A stretch of DNA of 64,000 nt from an uncultured Gammaproteobacteria bacterium (GTDB lineage Bacteria; Patescibacteriota; Microgenomatia; Levybacterales; UBA12049), in the NCBI GenBank assembly GCA_964416445.1, contig CAYQEE010000008.1, positions 6,450 through 70,449 on the forward strand. The letters are read 5' to 3'. Under the pieces are notes generated by a model that worked only from the letters and a program-made list of their open reading frames with translations, did not search any database and had not been told where the DNA came from. A program made the translations under genes and the position numbers. How positions within the stretch are numbered: the stretch's first letter is position 1; every line of letters starts with the position of its first letter. This document shows, one piece after another, positions 47,585-57,783 of this stretch.

Positions 47585-47893
47585 ATGCCAAAAGGAAGAA
47601 TTCGAGTACGATTAAAAAGTTATGACGCACGAGTAATCGATACGTGCTGTCAGCAGATCCTTGACACTGCCATTAGAACGGGTGCTAAAGTTATTGGCCC
47701 AGTACCACTTCCAACTGATAGAAGCGTTTACACCGTGAATAAATCACCTTTTGTTGATAAAAACGCTCGAGATCACTTTGAAATTCGAATACATAAACGA
47801 TTAATTGATATTGTCAGTCCTACAGAAAAAACGATGGATAGTCTCTCTCATCTCGAACTTCCAGCCGGAGTTGATGTTGAAATCCGCATGTAA
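47585..47893 (+). CDS. rpsJ: 30S ribosomal protein S10
   Basis: IRVRLKSYD...LPTDRSVYTVNKSPFVDKNARDHFEIRIHKRLIDI, canonical S10. Confidence 0.95.
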   Translation: MPKGRIRVRLKSYDARVIDTCCQQILDTAIRTGAKVIGPVPLPTDRSVYTVNKSPFVDKNARDHFEIRIHKRLIDIVSPTEKTMDSLSHLELPAGVDVEIRM

Positions 47894-47940
47894 ACCTCAT
47901 AATTTCCAAGAGAATTGTACTCGTGTGATAAAATAGTCGC

Positions 47941-49119
47941 GTGCAAGGAGAACGTTTACGCTGGTATCAGCCTATAATTAGGGATTTGCAAGGTAATAGA
48001 GGGTTACAGTGGCAATACCAGTTGAAAATTCTTAAGGAGAATAAAACGGAACTAACTGCACCCAGAATAATTCAGTTTCGTAATTATGGCATCGAATCTC
48101 CCCTTATTGCCCGTTCGTTGATTGCGTTATCACAGTTGCACGTCTTGCCAATTGATAGCTTAGAAGTACGTCTCCAGCGTTATCAGAGTTTAAGACAAAG
48201 TCATCCGGAAATTTTATTAGAAGAACAGAACAAGCCGATTAGTACTTTTTTGCAGCATACCCAACCATATCAGGATCCAACGCTTATGAGCAGGTTTTCT
48301 GAATCTGCAAAGTTAACAGGCGAGACGTTAAGAACTCTTGGGATTGCAGCTTACCCTGACTATATAAGCTTTTTTGATACGTTAGCTTCGTTACCTGATC
48401 CTCGGCATATGCAACAAGCTTTGCAAACTATTGATTCATTCGTGTCTTTTTATACCATCTCTCGCCATGTTGTTCTCAACGTCTGTGAAGCAGTTACTAA
48501 AAAATTTGCTAAACGATTTCACAACCCATTTGTCTATACTGCTCGCCGGCGAGCACAGTTTAAAAAAGAGTTATCTCATAATGATGATCCTGAGGCGCAA
48601 TGGAGAAAGATAACATATGGTCAGGGAAAACTAGTGAGACGTGGATTTATGATCTATCTTGACTCAGTGGCACATTTTAAGCGTGATTATGAGTCACTTT
48701 TCAGTTTAGCAAACCCTCGTCGAAATCAACAGCAGAATCTGTCAAAAGAGCTACAAAAAGCACTCCATGCAATCTATATTGGTGAAATTTATAGTGGTAT
48801 TCAGTTTCTTTTTCAAGCAAATTTAGAAGGGCGTTTGCCTGCCCAAAATGATAGAGTACAAGAACGAAGCTATTCAACGTATAGAGAGGGAGAATCTGAG
48901 GAACAACCACTGATAGAGGAATGGGTACGTCGTGTACGTCAACAAGGTGGAAGGCAGCGAAACCTCAAAGCTGTAGAAGATGATGAAGCGCGAAGTGTTG
49001 TGTTCCCTACAGTTGCATTAGGAAATGACATGTCTACGCTTGGTATGTGTCCTTTTTTTGAGGTAGGATGGGAACATGAACCGTTTGGTAGTGGCGATAT
49101 TCCAAATTCTTTGGACTAA
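47941..49119 (+). CDS. hypothetical protein inserted between rpsJ and rplC
   Basis: 392 aa ORF, Arg/Gln-rich, no recognisable motif. Occupies the rpsJ-rplC junction, which is normally contiguous. Confidence 0.5.
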   Translation: MQGERLRWYQPIIRDLQGNRGLQWQYQLKILKENKTELTAPRIIQFRNYGIESPLIARSLIALSQLHVLPIDSLEVRLQRYQSLRQSHPEILLEEQNKPISTFLQHTQPYQDPTLMSRFSESAKLTGETLRTLGIAAYPDYISFFDTLASLPDPRHMQQALQTIDSFVSFYTISRHVVLNVCEAVTKKFAKRFHNPFVYTARRRAQFKKELSHNDDPEAQWRKITYGQGKLVRRGFMIYLDSVAHFKRDYESLFSLANPRRNQQQNLSKELQKALHAIYIGEIYSGIQFLFQANLEGRLPAQNDRVQERSYSTYREGESEEQPLIEEWVRRVRQQGGRQRNLKAVEDDEARSVVFPTVALGNDMSTLGMCPFFEVGWEHEPFGSGDIPNSLD

Positions 49120-49204
49120 ACCCTGTCCGAGAAAGGAAAATATAACCCGAAATGAGAAGATTAATTACTCCTTTTTGATTGAGAAGTTCACGTCTGCCTG
49201 CCTC

Positions 49205-49233
49205 TTGCGATCTTCTTACTACTTTGATACAAT
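49205..49233 (+). promoter_or_regulatory. candidate promoter for the rplC-led ribosomal operon
   Basis: TTGCGA, 17-nt spacer, TACAAT. About 85 nt upstream of the attenuator-like hairpin. Confidence 0.35.
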
Positions 49234-49318
49234 TATTTCCACGTACCATGATTCAAAAAATCAGGGGAGAAAGATTTAAAAAGTAAGCGAATCGGGACCA
49301 AATTTCTGTAATGAGAAG

Positions 49319-49341
49319 AGTGGCTCGACAGCCACTTTTTT
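49319..49341 (+). terminator. terminator/attenuator hairpin 13 nt upstream of the rplC start codon
   Basis: AGTGGCT-CGAC-AGCCACT followed by a T6 run. Confidence 0.55.
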
Positions 49342-49354
49342 GTTGTTAAATACT

Positions 49355-50077
49355 ATGATACATGCACTAGTTGGAAGAAAACAAACACAAACGCAAAAGT
49401 TTCTAACAGATGGAACTCGAATTCCTGTTACCTTTATTGAAGTACAGCAAAATCCCGTTCTTATGGTAAAAACCGCAGATAAACACGGGTATGTTGCTGT
49501 CCAAGTAGGGTATGGGAAACGAAAACACGGCAATAAAGCAGAATTAGGACATGCAAAAAAAGGAGCAAATTTAGAATATGCTCCTTATTTTTTGTCAGAA
49601 ATTCGAATGGCGAATGATGTCAAAGTAGATGAATTGCCAAAAATCGGAGAGACCATATCTGCACCAAGTGTTTTTGAACCAGGTGATCTTGTAAATGTAA
49701 CGGGAACTTCAAAAGGAAAAGGATTTGCAGGAGGAGTAAAACGGTATCATTTTAAAGGGGGACCGAGAACTCACGGTCAGTCAGATCGAGAAAGAGCTCC
49801 CGGTTCTATTGGTCAAACAACAACACCAGGAAGAGTATATAAAGGAAAACGAATGGCTGGTAAGATGGGATTTGAACAAGTCACGGTACAAAATCTTGAA
49901 GTTGTTGCCGTTTCAGATGCAGGTATTGAGCTGAAAGGCTTGGTTCCAGGATTTCCCGGATCATACATTATCATTAAAAAAGTTGGTAAAAACAAAAAGT
50001 TTATTCCACTTCTTATTGAAGAAAAAATAAAAACACCGAGTTCTGCAAATGAACCAGTAGCAGAAACAGCAGCATAA
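49355..50077 (+). CDS. rplC: 50S ribosomal protein L3
   Basis: MIHALVGRKQTQTQ...GKGFAGGVKRYHFKGGPRTHGQS. ATG at 49355 (ORF-track TTG at 49340 is just upstream). Confidence 0.9.
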   Translation: MIHALVGRKQTQTQKFLTDGTRIPVTFIEVQQNPVLMVKTADKHGYVAVQVGYGKRKHGNKAELGHAKKGANLEYAPYFLSEIRMANDVKVDELPKIGETISAPSVFEPGDLVNVTGTSKGKGFAGGVKRYHFKGGPRTHGQSDRERAPGSIGQTTTPGRVYKGKRMAGKMGFEQVTVQNLEVVAVSDAGIELKGLVPGFPGSYIIIKKVGKNKKFIPLLIEEKIKTPSSANEPVAETAA

Positions 50078-50087
50078 GGAGACTATT

Positions 50088-50879
50088 ATGGCAAATACAA
50101 AAAAAACAGAAACAATAAAACCGAAAGTGACAAAAACACCTAAAAAGGTAGTCAAAAAAGTAGACGAAGAGAAAAAAGTTAGTAACGTAGCAATTCCCCA
50201 GAAAACTGTTTCTCAACAATCAGTACAAGGTGGTTTGCATGTTAACCTGCTTGATACGACAGGAAATGTTGTTGGTACCATTTCGTTACCAGAGAAAATT
50301 TTTGGAGTCCAAGTAAATTCACAACTTATTGCCCAAGCTGTACGAGTGTTTTTAGTAAATCAAAGACAAGGTACTGCACGGACATTGACTCGTGGAGAAG
50401 TAGATGGTTCAACAAGAAAAATATATCGCCAAAAAGGTACAGGAAGAGCTCGACACGGAGGAATTCGTGCACCGCTTTTTGTTAAAGGAGGTATTGCCCA
50501 CGGACCAAAACTGAAAGATTATTCTTTAACAATGCCAAAAAAGATGAAGCGAGCAGCGCTTTTCTCAGCTTTATCAGCAAAAGTAAAAGATGGCGAAATT
50601 AAAGTAGTGACAGGGCTTGAAGCACTTGAAGTAAAAACAAAAGCATTTTCCCATGCATTTGATACGTGGGGTATAGCTCAAAAGAAACGAAATGTTTTAT
50701 TTGTCTTACCAAATGATATGGAAAATATCTATCGAGGGGTCCGAAATATGGCTGGTGTAACGATAACTACAGCACAACGATTAAATACCTATGAGGTATT
50801 AAAACATAATGCAATTATTATGGTTAAAGAATCTATTGATACGATCGATAAAGTTTTTGGAAAGAAAGAAGAAAAATAA
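50088..50879 (+). CDS. rplD: 50S ribosomal protein L4 with Lys-rich N-terminal extension
   Basis: L4 core (GTGRARHGGIRAPLFVKGG) preceded by a roughly 45 aa Lys-rich extension. Confidence 0.9.
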   Translation: MANTKKTETIKPKVTKTPKKVVKKVDEEKKVSNVAIPQKTVSQQSVQGGLHVNLLDTTGNVVGTISLPEKIFGVQVNSQLIAQAVRVFLVNQRQGTARTLTRGEVDGSTRKIYRQKGTGRARHGGIRAPLFVKGGIAHGPKLKDYSLTMPKKMKRAALFSALSAKVKDGEIKVVTGLEALEVKTKAFSHAFDTWGIAQKKRNVLFVLPNDMENIYRGVRNMAGVTITTAQRLNTYEVLKHNAIIMVKESIDTIDKVFGKKEEK

Positions 50880-50880
50880 T

Positions 50881-51165
50881 ATGAATGTCATTATTAAACC
50901 ACTCGTTACCGAAAAATCAATGAATATTGTAAGTAATAATAAATATACCTTTGTTGTTAGTCGGTACGCGAAGAAACAAGATATTAAAAATGCTGTTGAG
51001 AAGTTATTTAATGTGCATGTTACCGCAGTCACTACAAGTGTTGTGAAAGGGAAATCTTCTCGAACTGGTATGAAACGAGTAGAAAGAAAAATAAGTGCGG
51101 TAAAAAAAGCTATTGTAGCCTTGAAACAAGGTGAAAAAATTGGTCTCTTTGAAGCAAACCAATAA
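50881..51165 (+). CDS. rplW: 50S ribosomal protein L23
   Basis: MNVIIKPLVTEKS...YTFVV. ATG at 50881. Confidence 0.9.
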   Translation: MNVIIKPLVTEKSMNIVSNNKYTFVVSRYAKKQDIKNAVEKLFNVHVTAVTTSVVKGKSSRTGMKRVERKISAVKKAIVALKQGEKIGLFEANQ

Positions 51166-51176
51166 TCTGGTAAAAT

Positions 51177-51914
51177 ATGAAGCAATTAAAAGTTATTAAA
51201 AAAAAGAATTCGGGTCGAGATGCCAGCGGACAAGTAGCAGTTCGGCATCAAGGTGGAGAACATAAACGGTTTTTACGTCTTATCGATTTTCGACGAGATA
51301 AAAAGATCGGCGGGAAAGTTATCGCAATTGAATACGATCCAAATCGAAATTGTCACATTGCCCTTCTTCAATATGGAGATGGAGAGAAACGATATATTCT
51401 TTCTCCTGAAGGCTTACACGTTGGAGATACGGTTATTGCTGGTGAGAATGTTGATATTCGAGTTGGAAACGCAATGCCTATTGGTAATGTCCCCATGGGA
51501 ACGTTTGTTCATAATATTGAGCTAACACCCGGAAAAGGCGGACAAATTGCACGCGGAGCTGGAACAGGGATAATGGTTGCAGCGAAAGAAGGAAATTTTG
51601 TCCAAGTCAAGCTGCCTTCCGGAGAACTTCGTAAAATCGATGTTGCATGTTATGCTACTATTGGACAAGTAGGAAATGCTATCTGGAAAGATAAAGTGTG
51701 GGGAAAAGCAGGAAGAACTCGGAATAGAGGTATTAGACCATCAGTTCGAGGAGTTGCGATGAATCCTCGCTCACATCCTCACGGAGGAGGAGAAGGGCGA
51801 TCTGGTATTGGAATGGCAACACCAAAAACGTATGCAGGGAGACCAGCAGTTGGTAATACACGAAGGCCAAAGAAATATTCAAATGCCTATATTATTCAAA
51901 GGAGAAAGAAATAA
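51177..51914 (+). CDS. rplB: 50S ribosomal protein L2
   Basis: [53 protein letters not shown]. Confidence 0.95.
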   Translation: MKQLKVIKKKNSGRDASGQVAVRHQGGEHKRFLRLIDFRRDKKIGGKVIAIEYDPNRNCHIALLQYGDGEKRYILSPEGLHVGDTVIAGENVDIRVGNAMPIGNVPMGTFVHNIELTPGKGGQIARGAGTGIMVAAKEGNFVQVKLPSGELRKIDVACYATIGQVGNAIWKDKVWGKAGRTRNRGIRPSVRGVAMNPRSHPHGGGEGRSGIGMATPKTYAGRPAVGNTRRPKKYSNAYIIQRRKK

Positions 51915-52198
51915 TGAGTAGAAGCGCAAAAAAAGGACCATTCATTGACGAGAAATTAATGAAGAAGGTTACAAAACAAAAACAGTCAGGTGATCGAGCT
52001 GTTATTAAAACATGGGCAAGAGCATGCCAGATTCCACCGGAATTTGTTGGCCATACGTTTGGCGTTCATAATGGACGAATCTTTGTTAATTTAGTTGTTA
52101 CAGAATCAATGGTAGGTCATCGGTTAGGAGAATTTGCGCCAACAAGAATGTTTAGAGGTCATGGACGAGTTGTCTCTCGTGAAGTAACAAAGACATAA
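51914..52198 (+). CDS. rpsS: 30S ribosomal protein S19
   Basis: SAKKGPFID...[10 protein letters not shown]...[11 protein letters not shown]. Confidence 0.95.
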   Translation: MSRSAKKGPFIDEKLMKKVTKQKQSGDRAVIKTWARACQIPPEFVGHTFGVHNGRIFVNLVVTESMVGHRLGEFAPTRMFRGHGRVVSREVTKT

Positions 52199-52202
52199 CT
52201 AT

Positions 52203-52553
52203 ATGACAATACAAGCAACAGCAAAATCAGTTAGAATTAGTACAAGAAAAGTCCGATTGGTAGCGGATTCAATACGTAATAAACCAGTTACTGAAGCGAT
52301 CACGTTATTAACATTAGTTCAAAAACGAGGTGCATCGGTGCTTTTAAAAACCATAAAAAGTGCAGTCGCAAATGCTGTAAATAATGGAAAACTTTCGGAA
52401 GATAACTTGATTATTGATAAACTTGAAGTTCAAGAAGGACCATTTCTAAAACGATTTAAGCCATCAACCAGAGGCCGAGTTCATCCATTCAAAAAGAGAA
52501 GTAGCCATATCACCGTAGTTTTGAAGGAGGTACAAAATGGGAAAGAAAGTTAA
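52203..52553 (+). CDS. rplV: 50S ribosomal protein L22
   Basis: 116 aa. ARISTRKVRLVAD...RGRVHPFKKRSSHITVVL. Confidence 0.9.
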   Translation: MTIQATAKSVRISTRKVRLVADSIRNKPVTEAITLLTLVQKRGASVLLKTIKSAVANAVNNGKLSEDNLIIDKLEVQEGPFLKRFKPSTRGRVHPFKKRSSHITVVLKEVQNGKES

Positions 52554-53199
52554 TCCAATCGCATTACGAATAGGTCCGATTTATAACTGGCAAAGTCGTT
52601 GGTTTAGTTCAAAGAAAAATTATAAAGAAATTGCCTTAGAAGATTATCGATTGCGAACTTCGTTGATGGATAAATTGCGAAATGCAGGAGTTGCTCGCGT
52701 GGAAATAGAACGATCGATTAATAGTTTAAAGGTACTCGTTTTTGTTTCTCGGCCAGGAATGGTTATTGGAAGAGCTGGAACTGGTTTGGAAGAAGTAAAG
52801 AAGTTTATTCTCGATGTGTTAGCAAAGAATGATCCGAAGAAAGTTGGAAAGAATATCCCAAAAGTTGATATTCGTGTTGAAGGGATTAAAGAACCAAATT
52901 TAGATGCATATCTTGTAGCAAAAAATGTTTCAGAACAGCTCGCAAAACGGTTGCCATTTAAACGAGTGTTAAATCAAAATGCAGAACGAGTTATGGGGGC
53001 TGGTGCTAAAGGAGTGAAAATTGCTTTAGCAGGGAGAATTGCTGGATCAGAAATTGGTAGGAAAGAGAAAATTCATATGGGAACCGTTCCTCTATCAACG
53101 ATACGAGAATATATACAGTACGCAAGTGTTCCATCGCTTACGAAAAAAGGATATATTGGGGTAAAAGTTTGGATAAATGTTGGAGAAAAAAACGCTTAA
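52537..53199 (+). CDS. rpsC: 30S ribosomal protein S3
   Basis: MGKKVNPIALRIG...KH domain...GAKGVKIALAGRIAGSEI. Confidence 0.95.
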   Translation: MGKKVNPIALRIGPIYNWQSRWFSSKKNYKEIALEDYRLRTSLMDKLRNAGVARVEIERSINSLKVLVFVSRPGMVIGRAGTGLEEVKKFILDVLAKNDPKKVGKNIPKVDIRVEGIKEPNLDAYLVAKNVSEQLAKRLPFKRVLNQNAERVMGAGAKGVKIALAGRIAGSEIGRKEKIHMGTVPLSTIREYIQYASVPSLTKKGYIGVKVWINVGEKNA

Positions 53200-53212
53200 G
53201 GAGTAAGTAATT

Positions 53213-53623
53213 ATGTTAGTGCCAAAACGAGTAAAATATAGAAAAGTACAACGGGGAATGATGAAAGGTACTGCACATGCAGGAACACGCATATCGTTCG
53301 GTGAATTTGGTTTAGTTGCTCAAGGGATGGCTCAGATTTCTAGTAGACAAATTGAAGCAGCAAGACGAGCCATTACGCATTATACAGCTCGGGGGGGGAG
53401 AATTTGGATTCGAATTTTTCCAGATAAACCAATAACGAGAAAACCACCTGAGACCCGGATGGGAAGTGGTAAAGGAGATGTCTTTGAATATGTTGCTCCG
53501 GTAAAAGCGGGACGAGTACTATTCGAAATGGGTGGAGTAACAAAAGAAACGGCTTTTGCGGCATTACGTCTTGCCGCATATAAATTACCGGTTAAAACAA
53601 GAATTGTTGAAAAGAAAGGATAA
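53213..53623 (+). CDS. rplP: 50S ribosomal protein L16
   Basis: [15 protein letters not shown]...[14 protein letters not shown]. Confidence 0.95.
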   Translation: MLVPKRVKYRKVQRGMMKGTAHAGTRISFGEFGLVAQGMAQISSRQIEAARRAITHYTARGGRIWIRIFPDKPITRKPPETRMGSGKGDVFEYVAPVKAGRVLFEMGGVTKETAFAALRLAAYKLPVKTRIVEKKG

Positions 53624-53624
53624 T

Positions 53625-53846
53625 ATGGCTAAGAAAAAAGAAACAAAAGAAAAAGTCGAAGAAAAAAAAGTAAATACGACAGTTGAATTGAAAAATCAAA
53701 TCAAAAAATTAAAAGAGGAATTGTTTCAATTGCAGTTAGATCATCAACAGCGAAAACTTAAAAATACGAGTTCATTAGGATTAAAAAGAAAGGAGATCGC
53801 AAGTTTACTCACAACATTGCGAGCTTTGGAATTAATACAACAATGA
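53625..53846 (+). CDS. rpmC: 50S ribosomal protein L29
   Basis: ATG at 53625. [10 protein letters not shown]...[21 protein letters not shown]. The ORF-track upstream extension overlaps rplP. Confidence 0.8.
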   Translation: MAKKKETKEKVEEKKVNTTVELKNQIKKLKEELFQLQLDHQQRKLKNTSSLGLKRKEIASLLTTLRALELIQQ

Positions 53847-54073
53847 AAACATTTAGTGGAAAAATAGTACGGGTAAAACATGATAAAACAGCAATAGTGG
53901 AAGTGACGCGTAAAATATCGCATCCTTTATACAGAAAGTTGCTTACAAAAACAAAACGATATCAAGTGGATACAGCAGGATTTACTCCAAAACAAGAGGA
54001 TGAGGTAACGATTATTGAAACCCGGCAAATTGCAAAAAATAAATATTTTAAAATAAAGGAGATTAAAAAATAA
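53843..54073 (+). CDS. rpsQ: 30S ribosomal protein S17
   Basis: [27 protein letters not shown], 76 aa. Confidence 0.9.
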   Translation: MKTFSGKIVRVKHDKTAIVEVTRKISHPLYRKLLTKTKRYQVDTAGFTPKQEDEVTIIETRQIAKNKYFKIKEIKK

Positions 54074-54447
54074 TGATACAATTACGGTCAATGCTCACTG
54101 CCGCAGATAATTCAGGAGCAAAAGTTTTACAAGTAATTCATATCTTTGGTGGTTCATCAAGAAGGTTTGGTTATATTGGTGATGTTCTTAATTGTGTGGT
54201 TAAAGATGCATCTCCAACAGGACAAGTAAAAATTGGTGAAATTGTCAAAGTGGTTTTGGTTCGGTCTCGAAAGGAAGTAAAACGAAAAGATAGTTCATAT
54301 ATTCGATTCTCTGATAACGCAGGTGTTGTTATTGATAATCCGAAAGATAAGAATCCAAGAGGAACACGTATTTTTGGACCAATAGCTCGAGAAGTTCGTG
54401 ATGCTGGCTTTGCAAAAATTGCGAGTATGGCGATTGAAGTAGTATAA
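54073..54447 (+). CDS. rplN: 50S ribosomal protein L14
   Basis: [17 protein letters not shown]...SMAIEVV. Confidence 0.95.
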   Translation: MIQLRSMLTAADNSGAKVLQVIHIFGGSSRRFGYIGDVLNCVVKDASPTGQVKIGEIVKVVLVRSRKEVKRKDSSYIRFSDNAGVVIDNPKDKNPRGTRIFGPIAREVRDAGFAKIASMAIEVV

Positions 54448-54451
54448 TCAT

Positions 54452-54757
54452 ATGAAAATTCATAAAGGTGACGAAGTTATTATTACAATTGGTAAAGATA
54501 AAGGAAAATTAGGAAAGGTTGAGCGTGTCCTTGTAAAGCAAAGAAGTGTTTTCATTCCAGGAATTAATGAATTTAAAAGACATACTAAGGGAAGAATGCA
54601 AGGACAGAAATCTGAAATAGTAACGATTAATAAACCGGTAGCTATTTCTAAACTTGCAGTCATGTGTCCAAAATGTCACAAACAAACAAGAATTGGATAC
54701 AAAATGGATAAAGATAAAAAAGTACGATTTTGCAAGAAATGTGAGAGTACACTGTAA
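54452..54757 (+). CDS. rplX: 50S ribosomal protein L24
   Basis: MKIHKGDEVIITIGKDKGKLGKV (KOW motif). Confidence 0.9.
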   Translation: MKIHKGDEVIITIGKDKGKLGKVERVLVKQRSVFIPGINEFKRHTKGRMQGQKSEIVTINKPVAISKLAVMCPKCHKQTRIGYKMDKDKKVRFCKKCESTL

Positions 54758-54762
54758 ATTAT

Positions 54763-55302
54763 ATGGGAAATATAAAAAAAACATACCAAGAAGATATCGT
54801 CAAAAAGTTACAAGACGAATTAAAAGTTAGAAATATTATGGCAGTCCCTGCTTTAAAAAAGATTGTTGTTAATATTGGGGTAAGAAATGCAGAAGCAGAT
54901 AAAAAAAATATGGAAGTTGCAAGTCAAGTAATTGCCCAAATTACTGGACAAAAACCAAAAGTTACGGCGGCAAAGAAGTCAATTTCAGCATTTAAATTGC
55001 GTGAAGGAGATAAAATTGGCCTTGTTGTAACCTTGCGAGGAAAAAGGATGTATGATTTTTTCGAAAAAATTGTTACAATTGTACTTCCGCGTATCAAAGA
55101 TTTTCACGGAGTGAAAAATAATAGCTTTGATACTCGGGGTAATTTTAGTCTTGGTCTTTCTGAATATAGTGTTTTTCCTGAAGTAGATTTAGGAAAAGTC
55201 GAGCGAATTCAGGGGCTTGAAGTCACAATTGTAACAACGGCCAAAGATAAAAAAGGAGCTTTTGCTCTTTTGAAACATTTAGGAATGCCGTTTCAAAAAT
55301 AA
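54763..55302 (+). CDS. rplE: 50S ribosomal protein L5
   Basis: KIVVNIGVRNA...FDTRGNFSLGLSE...EVTIVTTA. Confidence 0.95.
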   Translation: MGNIKKTYQEDIVKKLQDELKVRNIMAVPALKKIVVNIGVRNAEADKKNMEVASQVIAQITGQKPKVTAAKKSISAFKLREGDKIGLVVTLRGKRMYDFFEKIVTIVLPRIKDFHGVKNNSFDTRGNFSLGLSEYSVFPEVDLGKVERIQGLEVTIVTTAKDKKGAFALLKHLGMPFQK

Positions 55303-55313
55303 AAAACAATATT

Positions 55314-55499
55314 ATGGCAAAAACATCAAACGTAGCACGAAATAAACAAAAATTACGATTTAAGTCACGATATCATAATCGTTGTAATTTATGTGGAAGA
55401 TCGCGCGCGTATATGCGTCGATTTGGTCTTTGCAGACTTTGTTTCCGAGCTCTTGCTCAGAGAGGAGAATTACCTGGGGTATTAAAAGCCAGTTGGTAA
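55314..55499 (+). CDS. rpsN: 30S ribosomal protein S14, zinc-binding short type (type Z)
   Basis: 61 aa. CNLCGRSRAYMRRFGLCRLCFR C4 zinc ribbon. Confidence 0.9.
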   Translation: MAKTSNVARNKQKLRFKSRYHNRCNLCGRSRAYMRRFGLCRLCFRALAQRGELPGVLKASW

Positions 55500-55507
55500 T
55501 GTAAACT

Positions 55508-55897
55508 ATGTATACAATAGGAGATTTGGCAATTCGAATTAAAAATGCTGTTTTAGCAAGAAGAAAGCAAGTTGTTTTGCCTTATGCCAAAGTTGCAAAA
55601 AATCTTGCTGATTTATTAGCAAAGGAACGATATTTACGAAATGTAAAAGTAGAAGAAGTAGAAGGAAAAAAAATAATTACTGCTGAAGTCTATTATGAAA
55701 AACGGATTCCATTCTTCACTGATGTGGAAATAATTTCAAAACCATCACTTCGAATATATGCATCAAGTGATGATATTGCAAAAAGACAAAAACGAAGTGT
55801 TGGAAGTTTAATCATCTCAACAAATGGAGGTCTGATGACAGGTAAAGATGCTATTAAAAAAGGAGTTGGAGGAGAAGTTCTCTTCGCTATTTGGTAA
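55508..55897 (+). CDS. rpsH: 30S ribosomal protein S8
   Basis: MYTIGDLAIRIKNA...ISTNGGLMTGKDAIKKGVGGEVL. Confidence 0.9.
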   Translation: MYTIGDLAIRIKNAVLARRKQVVLPYAKVAKNLADLLAKERYLRNVKVEEVEGKKIITAEVYYEKRIPFFTDVEIISKPSLRIYASSDDIAKRQKRSVGSLIISTNGGLMTGKDAIKKGVGGEVLFAIW

Positions 55898-55899
55898 TT

Positions 55900-56460
55900 A
55901 TGTCAAAAATAGGACGTCAACCAGTTATTATTCCAAATGGAGTTACCGTAACAATTACTGAAAAAAAAGTTGCCGTAACAGGTCCAAAAGGAAATAATGT
56001 GTATATTCTCCCCTCTGGCATTAATGCAAGTGTTACTGAGGGTAAAGTTGTCATCACGCAAGAAAAAGGGAAAGAAGAATTAACGAATGCATTATTTGGA
56101 TTGGCCCGTGCAGTTATTGCAAACAATATTAAAGGAGTTACTGCAGGTTTCGAAAAGAAATTAGAATTGTCAGGAGTAGGATATCGTGCTCAAGCAGGTG
56201 GCAATGATTTAACAATTTCAATCGGTTTCTCCCATCCGGTGAAGATGACTGCACCGACAGGAATTAAGTTTAGTGTTGCAGAAAATGTTATTACGATATC
56301 AGGGAGTGATCCAGTTATTGTTGGCAACATAGCAGCCAATATCCGAAAAATTCGACCACCAGAACCATATAAAGGGAAAGGGATTAAATATGTTGGCGAA
56401 GTTATTCGAAAGAAAGCTGGTAAAGCAGCAAAGGCTGTTGGAGGAGCAGGAGCAAAATAA
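55900..56460 (+). CDS. rplF: 50S ribosomal protein L6
   Basis: MSKIGRQPVIIPNGVTVT... ATG at 55900, after the S8 stop at 55895-97. Confidence 0.9.
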   Translation: MSKIGRQPVIIPNGVTVTITEKKVAVTGPKGNNVYILPSGINASVTEGKVVITQEKGKEELTNALFGLARAVIANNIKGVTAGFEKKLELSGVGYRAQAGGNDLTISIGFSHPVKMTAPTGIKFSVAENVITISGSDPVIVGNIAANIRKIRPPEPYKGKGIKYVGEVIRKKAGKAAKAVGGAGAK

Positions 56461-56461
56461 T

Positions 56462-56806
56462 ATGAAACAAAATAGTGCAAAAAATCAAAGAAAATCAAGA
56501 ATTACCTCTAATGTTCATGGTACCAATGAAAGACCAAGACTTTGTGTTTTTCGATCAAATCGGTCAATTTATGTTCAGTTAATTGACGATAGTAATGGTA
56601 AGACTTTGCTCGGTCTTTCAGAAAAACAGTTGGAAAAGCAAGCAGGCTCAAAAGTTGCTAAAGCAAAAGCGTTGGGTACTGCTTTAGCAGCAAAAGCAAT
56701 TGAAAAAAATTATAAGCAAGTAGTTTTTGATAAGGGAAGTTATCGATATCACGGAAGAGTAAAAGCTATTGCTGATGGAGCCAGGGAAGGAGGATTGCAA
56801 TTCTAA
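56462..56806 (+). CDS. rplR: 50S ribosomal protein L18
   Basis: ATG at 56462. RPRLCVFRSNRSIYVQLIDD...FDKGSYRYHGRVKAIADGAREGGLQF. Confidence 0.9.
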   Translation: MKQNSAKNQRKSRITSNVHGTNERPRLCVFRSNRSIYVQLIDDSNGKTLLGLSEKQLEKQAGSKVAKAKALGTALAAKAIEKNYKQVVFDKGSYRYHGRVKAIADGAREGGLQF

Positions 56807-56810
56807 TTAT

Positions 56811-57326
56811 ATGGGAAATAATAGAAAATTTGATTTACAAAGAGAACCCAGTGAATTTGCTGAAGATATTGTTCAGATTAATCGAGTTTCAAAGAAAACT
56901 AAGGGAGGAAACAAAATTGGTTTTGCTGTTCTCGCAGTTGTAGGAAATAAAAAAGGTAAAGTTGGTGTTGGCTTAGGGAAAGCGGCAGATGTAGCTTCTG
57001 CAATCCGAAAAGGGGTCTCAGTAGCAAAGAAGCATTTAATTGAAATACCAATTGTTAATGAAACTATTCCTTTCGGCGTAAGAATTAAACTTGGAGCAGC
57101 ACAAGTAATGTTAAAACCAGCACCAAAAGGAAGTGGAGTTATTGCTGGAGGTGCAGTTCGAAGTGTCGTCTCTGCTGCAGGAATCCAAAATATTTCATCA
57201 AAAGTTCTTGGTACTGATAATCAAGCAAGTAACGTATATGCAACAATAGAAGCATTAAAGAAAATTGCACAGATGCATAAAAAATTTACTATGACAAATG
57301 GAGTGAGGAAAGGAAAAAGAGCATAA
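56811..57326 (+). CDS. rpsE: 30S ribosomal protein S5
   Basis: ATG at 56811. INRVSKKTKGGNKIGFAVLAVVGNKKGKVGVGLGKA. Followed 4 nt later by rplO with no rpmD. Confidence 0.9.
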   Translation: MGNNRKFDLQREPSEFAEDIVQINRVSKKTKGGNKIGFAVLAVVGNKKGKVGVGLGKAADVASAIRKGVSVAKKHLIEIPIVNETIPFGVRIKLGAAQVMLKPAPKGSGVIAGGAVRSVVSAAGIQNISSKVLGTDNQASNVYATIEALKKIAQMHKKFTMTNGVRKGKRA

Positions 57327-57330
57327 TCGT

Positions 57331-57783
57331 ATGAATTTAAGTGAATTGCAAAAAATAACAACAAGAGGAAAAAAACGGTTAGGACAAGGACATGGTTCAG
57401 GGAGAGTAAAAACTTCTGGAAGAGGAACCAAAGGGCAAAAAGCACGACGGAATATTCCTCTTGATTTTGAAGGAGGAGCCTTACCTTTGATTAAACGCAT
57501 GCCTTTCTTGCGAGGTAAGGGACGAAATTTTTCGTATCAAGACAAACCAGAAGTGATTAATCTTAAACAATTAGAGAAACTTCCAAAAGATAGTATTGTT
57601 GATCTTACTGCTTTAATTAAACATGGATTAGTAAAAGAAAAAGATGCTAAAAAATATGGCGTTAAAATATTAGGAGATGGCAAATTAACAAATGCACTCG
57701 TTGTAAAGGTTCCTGTCTCACACAGTGCAAAAGAGAAGATAGAGAAAGCAGGGGGAAGTGTTGAAATTGGACTGAATGAATAA
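57331..57783 (+). CDS. rplO: 50S ribosomal protein L15
   Basis: [37 protein letters not shown]. Confidence 0.95.
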   Translation: MNLSELQKITTRGKKRLGQGHGSGRVKTSGRGTKGQKARRNIPLDFEGGALPLIKRMPFLRGKGRNFSYQDKPEVINLKQLEKLPKDSIVDLTALIKHGLVKEKDAKKYGVKILGDGKLTNALVVKVPVSHSAKEKIEKAGGSVEIGLNE

